From: Lingula anatina
Lineage: Eukaryota > Animalia > Brachiopoda
Assembly (NCBI GenBank): GCA_051362555.1
Contig: CM120645.1
Coordinates: 14,694,001 to 14,758,000 of the forward strand
Length of the DNA: 64,000 nt
Direction of reading: 5' to 3'
The notes under the pieces are model-generated. The model was not told the DNA's origin. It saw only the letters and a list, made by a program, of their open reading frames with translations, and searched no databases. This document shows positions 38,967 through 51,217 of this stretch, piece after piece (positions within the stretch are counted from its first letter, which is position 1; every line of letters begins with the position of its first letter). A program made the position numbers and the translations under genes.

Positions 38967-40300
38967 TGATTGATTGACATCAAATACAAAGATTTTACAC
39001 AAATAAAAAAAGAAATGAAAAAAAAAAAAAAAACGAAGTTAGGTCCCTGTTTACAGCCCATAGTCTACATGCTCTGTCTTTTCCTGTCGGATTAATTGGT
39101 ATCTTTATTTCAGCTGACAATGAGGGCGTTCTTTTTTTATAATTTCACAAAATGATAAAGCTCACTCAGTAAACGGAAAAGAAAAAAACTGTCGCGTGCC
39201 GCAATGTGAATTTGTTCCACCTGGCGTCTTGTGTAGAAATGATGAATGACTTGTTGTTCAATTGCTGTGTTTCCGCACGTAACCAAGAGAAACTAATTCA
39301 TGATGTCAATCGTGGAAGAGAATTATATTTAATAATTTGTTTACTTTTATCTGAACTGACAGCGAGGTGGAATCAACAAGAAAAAGGAGAGAGGATTTCC
39401 TATTCACAAGGCTAGATAATTGCACTTACTTGACAGATTTGTTCGCGGAACGTTTTAAAGGTGGTTGGTATGTTTGTATAGTTTATGTTTGTAAGCACTG
39501 ACTTTTAAAAAAAAATTACGGCAAACCGTTAGAAAGGACATAGAATGAGACTCAGTCTTATCGGGTATGGGGACATGTCAACTTCTACGTCTTTTTAGCT
39601 TTCTGCACTTTTATTAAATTGCAATCTTTCATCATGCTAGAAATATTAATTTAATTTCCCTTACACCTATGGAAAAACAAAGGGGAATGTTTGAAGAGGC
39701 TTACTGATATCTGCTATTACTGCGTAGTTTTACTGATAGTCCGCTACAGAAACTACAGACACCGCCTTGTCATATTTTTTCTGGTCATCTTTCGCAGCTT
39801 TGTTTTCTTCATATTCGAAGGGTTCACCTGCAGGTCTGCTGTTATCACTCGAAGCCAGGATTAGATTAATTGTTGTTCATTAATTAAGTTATCGCAGTTC
39901 TAAGGACTGCATGTGCGCGCTTTGAGTCGCTTCGCTGGGTTAAAGAAGATATCAACCTGTCGCAATAAATATGTTATTGCACATTAGGGCATTATCTCAA
40001 AAAAAAGGGGGAGAGATTGATGGGCACTTTATGAAGAACATTTGGCTGTTAATCTAGACTTTCTTTTCAGTATTGTTTATAACTTTGGCACCACTTGTGA
40101 ACGGTATTTTGTAAGGAGAGGAAGCTCCGATTGCGAGACTGAAGGGGGGGGGGGGGGGCGTTGATGCATGTACAGATGTAAGTATCGTGGTCATAGCAGT
40201 GAAAATGTGCGCGTAATAATATATTGCACAGAAAAATTGTTTTACGCATGTGGACATGTGTCCGCTCACCTTAAATGTGCCTACGTATTGTAGGAAAAGA

Positions 40301-40341
<41 letters not shown>

Positions 40342-40883
40342 ATTAAGTGCAATCTTTTCAGAAAAAAAGCTTTTTCACGGTTCATCACCATGTTGTTTGT
40401 CATCTTAATTAAAAATCCTGTCATTTTTCGTCAAACCAATCAAATACTCTTCTCGTTTGCGTTAATTGAGTAAAATTCTCAGGGCTACCCCTTAAAAAAA
40501 TTGTTTACAAAATGGAAGATCGCGCACTACCAAGAAAGCATTTCTCAAAATGGATGGCTGGTGCATTACCAGAAATGTTTATTCCAAGAACAAACTTTTT
40601 CTGAGGACAACAAGAGGCTAAAGGGTTGCCAGAAGGAGTAGATAAAAGGCAATAGCTTCCACTGATATTACAGATACTGTAACGAGCTCAGAACAACTTT
40701 CAGGGCAAACAGAAAACAGGTGCGCTGTAACCAAATGAGTTTAATAAGAACGCAAGATTTAACTAGGGATGTAAGGTAATTTAAGGTATTAGAATAGGTT
40801 CATGTTCCACTAGGGCACCCTTTCCTTGGGGAAGCTTTTATTCGATTATCGTCAGTCAGTTGAATGTTAACAAGAATGTCAGT

Positions 40884-40918
<35 letters not shown>

Positions 40919-41893
40919 TTTGTCAGGTGCTACAGATCAAGTGTGTTGATATTTTTAAGTTCAGTCAGGGAATTTATGGATTCATAAGATATCATTGGTA
41001 TTATACTGTTGGGCTTTTTGTCTAAAGTCAAGTAACTACATCTTAAGTTCATCTGACGGAAAAAATATATTTTGGGTTTACTTATGTAAGAAATATGTTA
41101 TGCACTTTTATACTTATTTTTTACTGAGTGCAAAATATATTATCTGATAATCCAGTTATAATCTTAGTTAAATGCTCTGTTTTCTATTTTGTTGAAAAGG
41201 TTTAATCCGCACATTTCAAAAATTTCAAAATATTGTATTTAGTAACTAGGGAGTATTTGTATGTTTTATTTGTCTATCTCCACAGACAGCATGGGAAGCC
41301 TCATTGATATCTGGACAGCAAAAATTCAAGGAACAAAATATTTTTCAGAACATGTTTTCTTTGCACAAACCTAAAGTAATCATTGTCCGTTACCAGGGTA
41401 ACCACTTTATAACAGTAAACAGTTTATTTTCTGGACTGAAAGCACACGTGGTGGCTTACTGGATACACCTTCAATGTTTGTGTAAATTAAGGTCGGAGCA
41501 TAGAATCCTAAGTCAACACTTTGTCAAAGAGCTTGGACACAGCCAAAACAGTTTCAGGATTTAAGCACTTCACTCCAAAGAAAATGTTTTAATATGAAAG
41601 GACGACGAGCAGTTTAAGGTTTCGGCTCACATACTTTAGGATTTGAGAAAATAGAGCTTGAAAATCGGGGCAAAATATATTTTTTCATCTGTTGCGAGGT
41701 TTCAGCGCTCTCGGCATTCGCTTTTATCCCAGATAACCATTTGGACTTTAAATCTGTGCATTTTCTATTTCAAAACCAATAATATAAAGTAACCATGAGT
41801 ATTGCGATGTTTAACCGTTATTTTCCCTCTTTTTCAGTCACCTGCCACATAGTTGAGTGAAGGATCACAAGTAATTTTTACCACGGTATTGCA

Positions 41894-41963
41894 ATGTCTG
41901 AGCTAACGGTATATCTTCTCACGGCGCTGGTCCTGGGGGTGCTGCACACGTGTACTGCACAAG
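41894..41963 (+). CDS. Signal-peptide exon, probably the first coding exon of the cadherin/FN3 gene
   Basis: Acceptor ttttccctctttttcag ends at 41837. Reads MSELTVYLLTALVLGVLHTCTAQ-G|gtgaga; phase 1 joins in frame to the exon at 62637. Confidence 0.7.
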
Positions 41964-44493
41964 GTGAGACATTTCTATCTTAAATTGTGCGAGAAGATGA
42001 AAAGTGACTCTTTTTTCTTGCCTGCGTGTCTTGAATGTAGTTAACTTAGAGCCAAGACGTGTTGCTGCTGATGAACATTGTTGTTCTCATATGTACTCCC
42101 ACCGTTGCATTATATTCTTAAACGCACGCACAAGCGTACGCGCACACTCGCATACACACCATCTCGTACACGCAAAGGCATACTATGGGAAAAAAATTAT
42201 CTTACGAACTTGAACAGCAATGCAATTGGCAGCTTTGAAACCTTTAGTGAATCCGTCACTGATATTACAATTAAAAATACGCTATTAAAAGATAATGTCA
42301 TAATTAATGCCGTACAGGTGAAGTAATTTCTTTCTCCTGTCAGTATTAAACGTCACCTTAAAATACACCGATTTAAGGTCACGTTTTTTGGTGCAAGCAC
42401 CAAAAAAAAAAAAAAAAAAAGAATTAAGAAAATAATAATACATCTAAATTGACAGCTATTCTAATTCCTCTTGGTACTTATTTCGAAAGGAACTATCCAC
42501 AGATAAGAACGGACATGAGAAAGCTTTTAGAGAAGTTTTAAGGTGAAGAGCCTTCAGCACACCTCTTTCAGACGTGTTATCTGGTCATCTGGCTTTTTTC
42601 CACCGCGTCGGCGTCGGGAGGGGCGCAAGGATTCTGAGAAGTTTTTAAAATATCAGTAGGCCCCTCATCCCTACTTAAACTATTTGCAAAAAAATAACTG
42701 TCCTGATATCTTCTTTGATCCTGGCGAGACGGGTGTACCCTGAATGTAAAGGTGCGATTCACGTAATGCCTTGACGCGACTTGGCGGAGGGGACATGTCA
42801 TCCTCCTCTTCTCCAAAATAATAAAAAAATAGTATATCATAATTTTCGCTTTGGTTTTGTCCTCGAGTGAATAGGAAAATAAAACTAAAATTAAAAAATA
42901 ATAATAATACAATAGAGAGAAGTGCTAATCCAGCACGTATCTCGCTGTGAAATACAGGGTGTTTGATGTATGATTTCCATACATCATTTTCAGTTTATCC
43001 TTATGCTAGCTACTGGATATTTCGTTCCAGTATTTATCGTCTATTTATAACATCCAGTGATAAATGATGTCTACGTTTATCAAAGGTAAGAGTATGTAAG
43101 TAGTGGTCTTTTTGATCGCTTGGTAATTTACTGTTCAGTTGAGTTAGTCTGATGATTTCTTGTGCAATTTTGCTCTCCAGTTTCGGCTATTATCATTCTT
43201 TATTTCTTAGTTGCTGTTTGTTATTTTATCTTCTTGTTCTTTCTTTTTACGGGTTTAGTTACAAGTTATTAACAGAATGCCACTTAAATCTTGGCATTTT
43301 CCGATGTATGAAACGGATCTGCATGTAATGAAACGGCCATATGTGACTTAAGAAATACTATGGGCTGAAACTATTTAGATCTTAAAATTCGGCTCATTTA
43401 ATACACTTCAAAAGCTTCAAAATAGACAAGGAAATATAAAATCATTCAATATGTAAAAGCTGCAATGAGACAACAAGGTTTCTATGAATGAAAAAGCTGA
43501 ATCCAAAAAAGGCTCATAAGGTGCCGTGCCTGTTTAACTGAATGGAAGACAAGAAGAATTCGCAACACACAGAAAAGCACACGTGGTGAACTGTGGTAGC
43601 ACACCGGAGAGGGTTCAAAGCTAAATATTTGGATCTGGTTGATAGATCTTGAAATGTTGCGTTAAAAACATGCGTCCTCTTAATAAAATAACATGCACCC
43701 TTCCCTAAGGTCAGTGCAAACATATTGCAGTATATTTTAAAAAGTTTTAGATTTAAGGCGCTTTTCGTGACTTTAGCCACTTACGGGGGCTACCAGATTG
43801 TCTTATGTCCTTAATAATAGACCAAGATTGCCCCCTCATACGCGTTAGACGACTGACACTATTTTTTAACTCTGTTACGAAATGTTTACGTCTTAACATC
43901 CGAACAAGGCTTTTTAGATAGAAAGATAGATGACTAGATGGGCATTCTAATAATAGGCTGCCTGCCTATTTATAGACACTTATCTTACCGTTGCAGGAAA
44001 AATATAATCAAGATAAATATGAATGACGTTCAATTTTTCTTTGAGTCTACTGGTACGTCGGGAAGTCCTAATGTATTTTCAGATTATTCGTGAAATTTGT
44101 AAACATTTTAGCATGGCTGGTGCACTGGCATGTTTCTATAGGGGTGGGGGCTCATTCGAGGATGAAAATTTGAGATATATCAAGATTCTACTTTCTACTT
44201 TAATGTGATAGGTAATAAGGATGGGATGGTTTTGGTCTATCTAGTTTTTTTCTTTCTTTCTTTTATTTTTATTTATTTATTTGTTCGTTGGGGGAAGGGG
44301 GAGGGTGAGGAGAGACGCTTACGAAGCTTAGGTTGGCCGGCTGTCCCATCTCTATCTGTTGGGTAAAGTTGCTGACGTAAAGTGATAAAAAGCACATTAT
44401 TTTCATAGTTCACACTTTTATTTTTAAGCTAGAATAAGATTTCTACGTGAAAGATAAAGATATTTAATAAAAAAAAGAACAAAACTGTAGCTT

Positions 44494-44565
44494 TGACCCC
44501 GACGTGATTTGAACACGCAACCTTCTGATCTGGAGTCAGACGCGCTACCGTTGCGCCACGGAGTC
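44494..44565 (-). tRNA. tRNA-Trp(CCA)
   Basis: Reverse complement GACTCCGTGGCGCAACGGTAGCGCGTCTGACTCCAGATCAGAAGGTTGCGTGTTCAAATCACGTCGGGGTCA is a canonical eukaryotic tRNA-Trp with downstream T-runs. Confidence 0.95.
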
Positions 44566-46172
44566 GTACTTACTTGCGCCTGAGCTTTAACTCAACCCAA
44601 TATAAATGTAGCGAAGCTGGCCTACATTCTGTAAATCAATTATCAGTTGGATGCGCTGTATCTGCCTAGAGACAGAAGAAATTGCTCATAACGTGAGATA
44701 GAGCAATAATCATAAATATTATCAAAATAGCATGCAGAAAACCAGGTACTGGAACGACATTGTTGAGACCAGATAGAGAATGCTAACGAAACGGGACTTT
44801 GTTATCAAAAATATTTTCACGGTTTCTTCTCCGCGTGGGTCTAACAAGGGAAAAATAACCAGTAAATATTATTTCATTGCTTCCATTTTATTGTTGTGTG
44901 TTTTCTTCAATCGGTGTAATTTTCTTTTTATTTTGGCCTTGATTTCGCAAATAGGAATGTTGAGACTATAAATAACATTGGAAGATACGTGAGAGGTAGG
45001 GGCCTAAATCGGGCTGTAGGCCTACGCCCGGCAGATATAGGCCTAGTATAGAGTACGGTACTCTTCTGCTACGATCTACTAAACAGTATAACTAGTACAG
45101 GACTTTCTTTCATAAATACATCAAATAAATCATAAGAAAACATGAATTGTATAATCACATAATATTCTGCGTATTCTCGAATAAAAAAAATGCCCCATCT
45201 TACAGAAGAACAGAAGCTTCTTCAAAATGTTAATTGAAGAGAGACCGAAAGCTTCATCATTATTTATTTATTTATTATTATTTTTTTTTTTGGGGGGGAG
45301 GGGGTAAATGAATATAAACAAGGTGTGCGTGTGCATGTGTGTGCATGTGTGTATGTGTGTGTGTGTGTGTGTGTTTGTGTGTCAGAGAGGAGGTATCGCA
45401 CAGCTAATTTATTTTGATCATGGCCATGTTTTTTAAACAGTCCAGCAGTCTAGCATTCCAAGTGGACTGAGGTTTCAACGGCTGTCGTGAGTTTCATAAA
45501 TGGCTGTTTTAATACAGCCGCTACCAAAGCTATGCGGGCACGACACAAATACATCAACAACGATGGGTCACTACGGTCGATTCCTCCTTTGACAGAAGAC
45601 AGTGTTTTTAATGGCCTAGCACTATTCATATGACTGAAGTATCAGGATAGCGTTGACATGATAATCTACTTTTAAGACGCGTTCTATTGTCGCTGGATCC
45701 CTGGTATTAAATAGATAATGGTAGTTGGGTTGATATTTTTTTTACTGAGTCACGGAATTAAGTAGAGCATACAAATCCTGACAAAACGTTTGCGCTTGAA
45801 TCAACATATGACTTTGTTTATTAATCTTCATCTTTTGTCATGCAGTAATAACCCTTGCATGTATAATCAAGGGTAGTGTGACTTGGTATCAATAGAAATT
45901 AAACCATTTAAATAAATGCTACACTTTTAGGCGTAAATGTTCTCTTTATGAAGCTCGGGTCCAGCACAAAAGGACTCTATGGCCCACCAACATCGAAAAT
46001 GCAGCATGAGAACCAAAACGATATCATGCACATTAGGCCTTCATATGGCAAGACAAAATACAACAATGTCCCTCTTTATCAACAATTAAGCTACCGCTAT
46101 ATAGTTTACTATTGAAATAAGTTATTGGAACCTCGTATCTTCAAAGGGGTAATTAGACTAACAACAGTTTTT

Positions 46173-46174
<2 letters not shown>

Positions 46175-46231
<57 letters not shown>
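46175..46231. repeat. (TA)n microsatellite at the Tc1 insertion site
   Basis: Direct reading. Confidence 0.95.
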
Positions 46232-46234
<3 letters not shown>

Positions 46235-47892
46235 CATTGGTCAAAAAGGTTGTCCCACCCCCATTTCCATGTACTTTTATTTACAAATGATCACCTCACA
46301 GCTGTGAACTGTTAGAAATAGTAAATTTTTATCACGGATACCGTGTCTAACATGATTAATGGTTTAAAAAATACAAAATAGTGGTGAAAATATACATATT
46401 TTATACCATTTAGTAAAATTTATAAGAGGTACCCCCTCAAATCGACTGTTTCACTGTTACTTCTACAGATGTAAAGAACTGTCTATAAAATTGAAAAGGT
46501 GCCATCAAATGTCACCAAATTCACACACAATTAGCATTAGGGTGTGCTCGTTAAAGATCACGTGCCTAACAGCGTGTGCGTCTACCGTGTACTGCAATTA
46601 TCTCCTGTAGACGGCGCGACAAGCCTTCAACATGGGTAACAATTCTGTGGGATATTGTCCCATTCATCCTAAAGAGCGTTGCGGAATTGGTCAAGATTAT
46701 TAAGGAATTGGTTCTCCTCTGCAATGCACATACCAATTTATGCCACAGGTGCTCAGTAGGATTAATATCAGGACTCAAAGACGGTTGCCCCATCCTCAGA
46801 GCCCTGTGTTTCTGCAACAAATCGTTTGCCAGACGAGAGCTGTGAGCAAGTGCGTCGTCACAATGAAGCCAGTAGTATCCCTGAAGTCACCTCTTGCAAA
46901 TGGAGTGAGATTTCTGTTGAGAATGTTACATCAAAATGCCCCTGTTACGTTTTGTTCCAAAAGGAACAATGTACTAATACCATGGGCTTGGAATGTTCTC
47001 CAAATGCGGATTGATCTAACACCTCAGGCGATATTATCCTGCACACACCCTTCCAAGAGGCATTTTTTAACTTGTCTATGGACCCTCTTTGACCATCGAT
47101 GGGATACAAGAAATAATTTGATCCTGCATCAAAATCAACTTCCTTCCAGTGATGGATGGCCAGGTTCAGGTGCCTGTGGGATCACTGAACGTAGCATTCT
47201 CAGCTGATATCTCATTCCATCTTCAAGAACTGACTTTAGGGTTAACTTCAGGCTTTATCATGACTGCACACTTGCTCACACCTCTCGCCTGGCAACTGTT
47301 TGTTGAAGAAACATAATGGTCTAAGGATGGAACCACCATCTTTGAGCCCTGATATCAAACTTACTAATCAACTGTGACATGTATTGGAGTGTGCAATGCA
47401 AAGGAGAACCAACCCCATAAAAACGTGGACCAACTCCCCCAACTTGTTCAAGAAGAATGGGATAATATCCCACATAACAGAATTGTAACCCGTGTTGAAG
47501 GCTTGTCGCGCCGTCTACAGGAAATAATTGCAGTACACGGAAGACGCACACGCTGTTAGGCACGTGATCTTTAATGAGCACACCCTAATGCTAATTGTGT
47601 GTGAATTTGGTGACATTTGATGGCGTCTTTTTAATTTTATAGTCATTTCTTTACATCTTTAGAAGTCACAGTGAAACAATCGATTTGAGGGGGTACCTCT
47701 TATAAATTTTACTAAATGGCATAAAATATGTACATTTTCACCACTATTTTGTATTTTTTAAACCATTAATCATGTTAGACACGGTATACGTAATAAAAAA
47801 CACTATTTCTAACAATTAACAGCTGTTAGGTGATCATTTGTAAATAAAAGTACGTGGAAATGGGGGTGGGACAACCTTTTTGACCAATGCTG
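46232..47892. mobile_element. Non-autonomous palindromic Tc1/mariner (DD34E) derivative
   Basis: Ends are TA|CAGCATTGGTCAAAAAGGTTG ... CAACCTTTTTGACCAATGCTG|TA with long inverted arms. A decayed transposase C-terminus (DDALAH...PSLSPDINPTEHLW, D-34-E spacing; RRLQEIIAVHGRRTRC) is present, its tail in both arms. Confidence 0.88.
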
Positions 47893-47916
47893 TATACACA
47901 CACACACACACACACA

Positions 47917-48133
47917 AGTAGTTACATCCGTACTATACGGGAGAAAAGAATTCCATTTTTTTCTTTTGTTATGTTACATCATTTGAACAATGGAAAACCT
48001 ATACCGGACAATGGGGATGTTTACAAAATAAACAAACAATTTTTTTAATGTAAACAAACGAGACTCCCTATTTTTGTTTACGTTTCACTATGGTAACGGA
48101 TGACGTCACAGAACGGGCCTGGGCATGTCGGAG
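47917..48133 (+). repeat. Polinton left TIR
   Basis: Reverse complement of 62243-62459 with about 4 mismatches. Confidence 0.95.
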
Positions 48134-48290
48134 TAATGTTTACGTTTTGTCATAGCGACGGATGACGTCAAGCGCAATTCTTTTGTTAGGCGTGTTGCAT
48201 GTTCAGGCGTGCAATTTGAAGGCTATATATGTTGGAATGGTCAAATCAAACTCCAATTCACTGACCTAAGTTGTACGTTCGAACATCAAA

Positions 48291-49166
48291 ATGTCGCAGT
48301 TCTTCAAACTTGGTGAAGATAGTCTGTTGTCGATATGCAGAAGCAAACAAGGGGTCCAGTTGGTCGTCTTCAGCGATTTGAAAACGTTGAACAAGATCCG
48401 GATGCCGCGAGAAGCATGGGAAGATTTTAAAAACACCCTGCCTTCCGTCCAAACTGCTATGTCTACCGATACTGAAATAGATGATCAGCTGGGGGAAAAC
48501 TATAATGTCCGTGTGCTGTACGACATTGGTAAGGAGGAATCTGTGATGAAGCTAGCCTACGCGCCGGTAAGTGCGTCGTATGAAGCGATGTACGATGTAC
48601 AATTTGACAAACGCACATTGGAGACGTTGCTGACCAAAATGCCTGAAATCAATGCAGCGCTGGGTGAAATCCCACCGACAACAGTCAGCGAGGAGCCGGA
48701 AGAAAGTGATGAAAGAATGTTTGGAGCCGAAAACGATGTAGAAGCAGACGTAGTATTAATTCATCTCATTTACGTGAAGTTGATCGTGCAGGAAATAGAG
48801 GCCATGCGTTACAGGTACTGTACTGGGTGTATAGCCGCGCACGGTTCCCAAAAGCATCACATGGATGGGTGTATGGCCGACTGGTCAGTTTCGGTACATG
48901 TTTACTTCACCAGGGCAAAAGCTGCTGTAAGTCATGAGGTAATACTGAAGGCCTACAAGTTAATGAAGAAAAAACTGAGACAACAAGAAAACCCATACAT
49001 ACTTTCCGTCATCATGACTGCATCGCTGCTGGAAGATTTTCGGAAAGACGTGGAGGAACCGAGCTATGCGTTATCCCCTGATACCGTCCTCGCTAGTATG
49101 GTCTACGATGTGTGCAAGATTGTATATGGCGAACATTTGTATAAGGCGATAAAAAAATCAGAATAA
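48291..49166 (+). CDS. Polinton accessory protein, 291 aa, with a CxGC...HxSQxxH..C putative zinc-binding motif
   Basis: Intact ORF; TATATA at ~48224 and AATAAA overlapping the stop; motif CTGCIAAHGSQKHHMDGC. Confidence 0.8.
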   Translation: MSQFFKLGEDSLLSICRSKQGVQLVVFSDLKTLNKIRMPREAWEDFKNTLPSVQTAMSTDTEIDDQLGENYNVRVLYDIGKEESVMKLAYAPVSASYEAMYDVQFDKRTLETLLTKMPEINAALGEIPPTTVSEEPEESDERMFGAENDVEADVVLIHLIYVKLIVQEIEAMRYRYCTGCIAAHGSQKHHMDGCMADWSVSVHVYFTRAKAAVSHEVILKAYKLMKKKLRQQENPYILSVIMTASLLEDFRKDVEEPSYALSPDTVLASMVYDVCKIVYGEHLYKAIKKSE

Positions 49167-49543
49167 ACTTTGAATTGAACAGAAAAAGACGCCGTATAAT
49201 CTGTGTAGAATTAACAAAGTTTGCATGTACATTAGCTAGAAGTGTGCGATGAAAGAAGACATTTGATTGGTTGATTATGACATCATATCTAAAAATAGAT
49301 TTATATATGGAACGTTAATTTGATGTGATGAAGACAATTTGATAGTAAAGAGTTGTTTACAAACATTTCATTGATTAAAATAATATGCGATTTGATTGGT
49401 TGAAAAAATGTTATTTGTTGTTAGCTGTAACGTGATTGGTTAGAAAAAATGTAATACATGATTGGTTGAAATAAACACACAGCTTACCCGAAAAATTACA
49501 AAAATGTGTTTGCGATCATTTTTCTTTATACCGAGTAGACAGA

Positions 49544-50011
49544 ATGGATGATGATCATCCGGAAACCGATTCCGAGTTGGGGGGTGTGCTATATGGACCG
49601 GTCATGCCATACGCAAAAGAAGAAGACCGAATTATGAGTTTTCTTAATTGGCCGGGCAAACTACTTATCAACCCAATCCCTTTAGCCATTAGTGGATTTT
49701 ACCGAGACCCACGAGCGTCTAGACACGATGATGTGGTTCGTTGTTTTTACTGCGATTTGTATCTAAAGAATTGGGACCCGCTGAGAGATGCCCCAGATGT
49801 CGAACACGAACGACACTCTCCTCAATGCACGATGAGTACGGTTGGAAAAAGAATAAATCAACGATTTAATGTACCACTTACACCTAAAAAGCGACTTCAA
49901 ATGGTTAGGCTTTTTGTGGTAGATGACACACTGCCCGTTGTACATCCCGCCAGTACAGTGATGTCGCTACTAAATACCCATTACGATGAAACTGGTGGGA
50001 ACTATAAATAG
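49544..50011 (+). CDS. Single-BIR-domain protein (IAP-like), 155 aa
   Basis: EEDRIMSFLNWP...LAISGFY...DVVRCFYCDLYLKNWDPLRDAPDVEHERHSPQC has the BIR pattern with CxxC...H...C zinc ligands. Confidence 0.9.
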   Translation: MDDDHPETDSELGGVLYGPVMPYAKEEDRIMSFLNWPGKLLINPIPLAISGFYRDPRASRHDDVVRCFYCDLYLKNWDPLRDAPDVEHERHSPQCTMSTVGKRINQRFNVPLTPKKRLQMVRLFVVDDTLPVVHPASTVMSLLNTHYDETGGNYK

Positions 50012-50072
50012 AGATAGGATAAAGAAAGAAAACATTTAACTTGTTGGAATTGATCCATAACTGTATGAGAAA

Positions 50073-51179
50073 ATGCCGCGTAAGAAAAAAACCAAGAAAG
50101 GGCAGAACAAAACAGATGCATATCTGCATAGTTTGTATACCAACCCGTCAAACCCTGTAAGCTTTGGTGGTATGTTAAAACTGTATAATGCCGCACGAAA
50201 AGATGGTATGAAAATCAGTCGTCAGCAAATCAAAGATTTTCTAGCCGCCCAAGATGTGTATACATTACATGCACCGGTTAGGAAACAATTCAGTACAAAT
50301 CGCGTCATGGTGAATTATATTGATGATCAATGGCAGGGTGATCTGGCAGACCTCAGTAAGATAGCAAAATACAATAAAGGAATGAAATTCTTGTTAACCG
50401 TGATTGATATATTTTCAAAATACGCATGGGCAGTTCCAATCAAATCAAAATCAGCGGACAATGTATTAGATGCGTTTAAAGGCATTGTTTCCGAAGGCAG
50501 AAAGCCACTGGTACTTCAAACTGATGCAGGGACAGAATTTACAAATAGAAAATTTCAAGCGTACCTCAAGAGTCAAGGCATAGCTTTTTTCACAACAAAA
50601 TCGGAAAGAAAAAGCTCTGTGGTTGAGCGTTTTAACAGAAGCATAAAGACCCGTTTGTACAGATATTTCACAGCAAACAGTACGTTAACGTATGTGACAG
50701 TCCTAAACGACTTGATGACAGGATACAACCATGCAAAACATCGAAGCATAAAGATGGCCCCAATCGATGTGAATCCACGAAATGCAAACATTGTGTGGAA
50801 AAACTTGTATGGAAAAGTAAAAATAGGGAAGTCGGGGTTTAAATTTCAAGTAGGAGATACTGTAAGATTAAGCAAAACACGCACCCCTTTTGCAAAAGGA
50901 TACGAACAGGGATGGACACAGGAAATATTTACAATATCAGAAAGATTAAACAGAACACCTCCTGTGTATAAGGTGAAAGATTACAATGGAGAGCAAATCG
51001 AAGGTGTCTTGTACGAACCAGAAATGATTAAAGTTATTAAAACTGACGACGTGTATCGTATCGAGAAAATTTTAAAGACCCGTGGAAAGGGGAAAACTAG
51101 GCAGCTTTTTGTAAAATGGGTAGGTTATGATGATCGTTTCAATACTTGGGTAGATTCGAAGGATGTACAAAAAACATAA
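50073..51179 (+). CDS. Retroviral-like (rve, DDE) integrase with a C-terminal chromodomain-like region
   Basis: WQGDLADL, VIDIFSKYAWAVP, LQTDAGTEF, VERFNRSIK; tail YRIEKIL...FVKWVGYDDRFNTWV. Confidence 0.95.
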   Translation: MPRKKKTKKGQNKTDAYLHSLYTNPSNPVSFGGMLKLYNAARKDGMKISRQQIKDFLAAQDVYTLHAPVRKQFSTNRVMVNYIDDQWQGDLADLSKIAKYNKGMKFLLTVIDIFSKYAWAVPIKSKSADNVLDAFKGIVSEGRKPLVLQTDAGTEFTNRKFQAYLKSQGIAFFTTKSERKSSVVERFNRSIKTRLYRYFTANSTLTYVTVLNDLMTGYNHAKHRSIKMAPIDVNPRNANIVWKNLYGKVKIGKSGFKFQVGDTVRLSKTRTPFAKGYEQGWTQEIFTISERLNRTPPVYKVKDYNGEQIEGVLYEPEMIKVIKTDDVYRIEKILKTRGKGKTRQLFVKWVGYDDRFNTWVDSKDVQKT

Positions 51180-51217
51180 ATGTAACCGGTACCAGACAAA
51201 ACACCTCATTTGAAAGG

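Noticed and set aside
47911-47916. CACACA TSD as proof of target-site preference
   Set aside because: The insertion lies in a (CA)n tract, so a single site cannot show preference and the TSD length is ambiguous.
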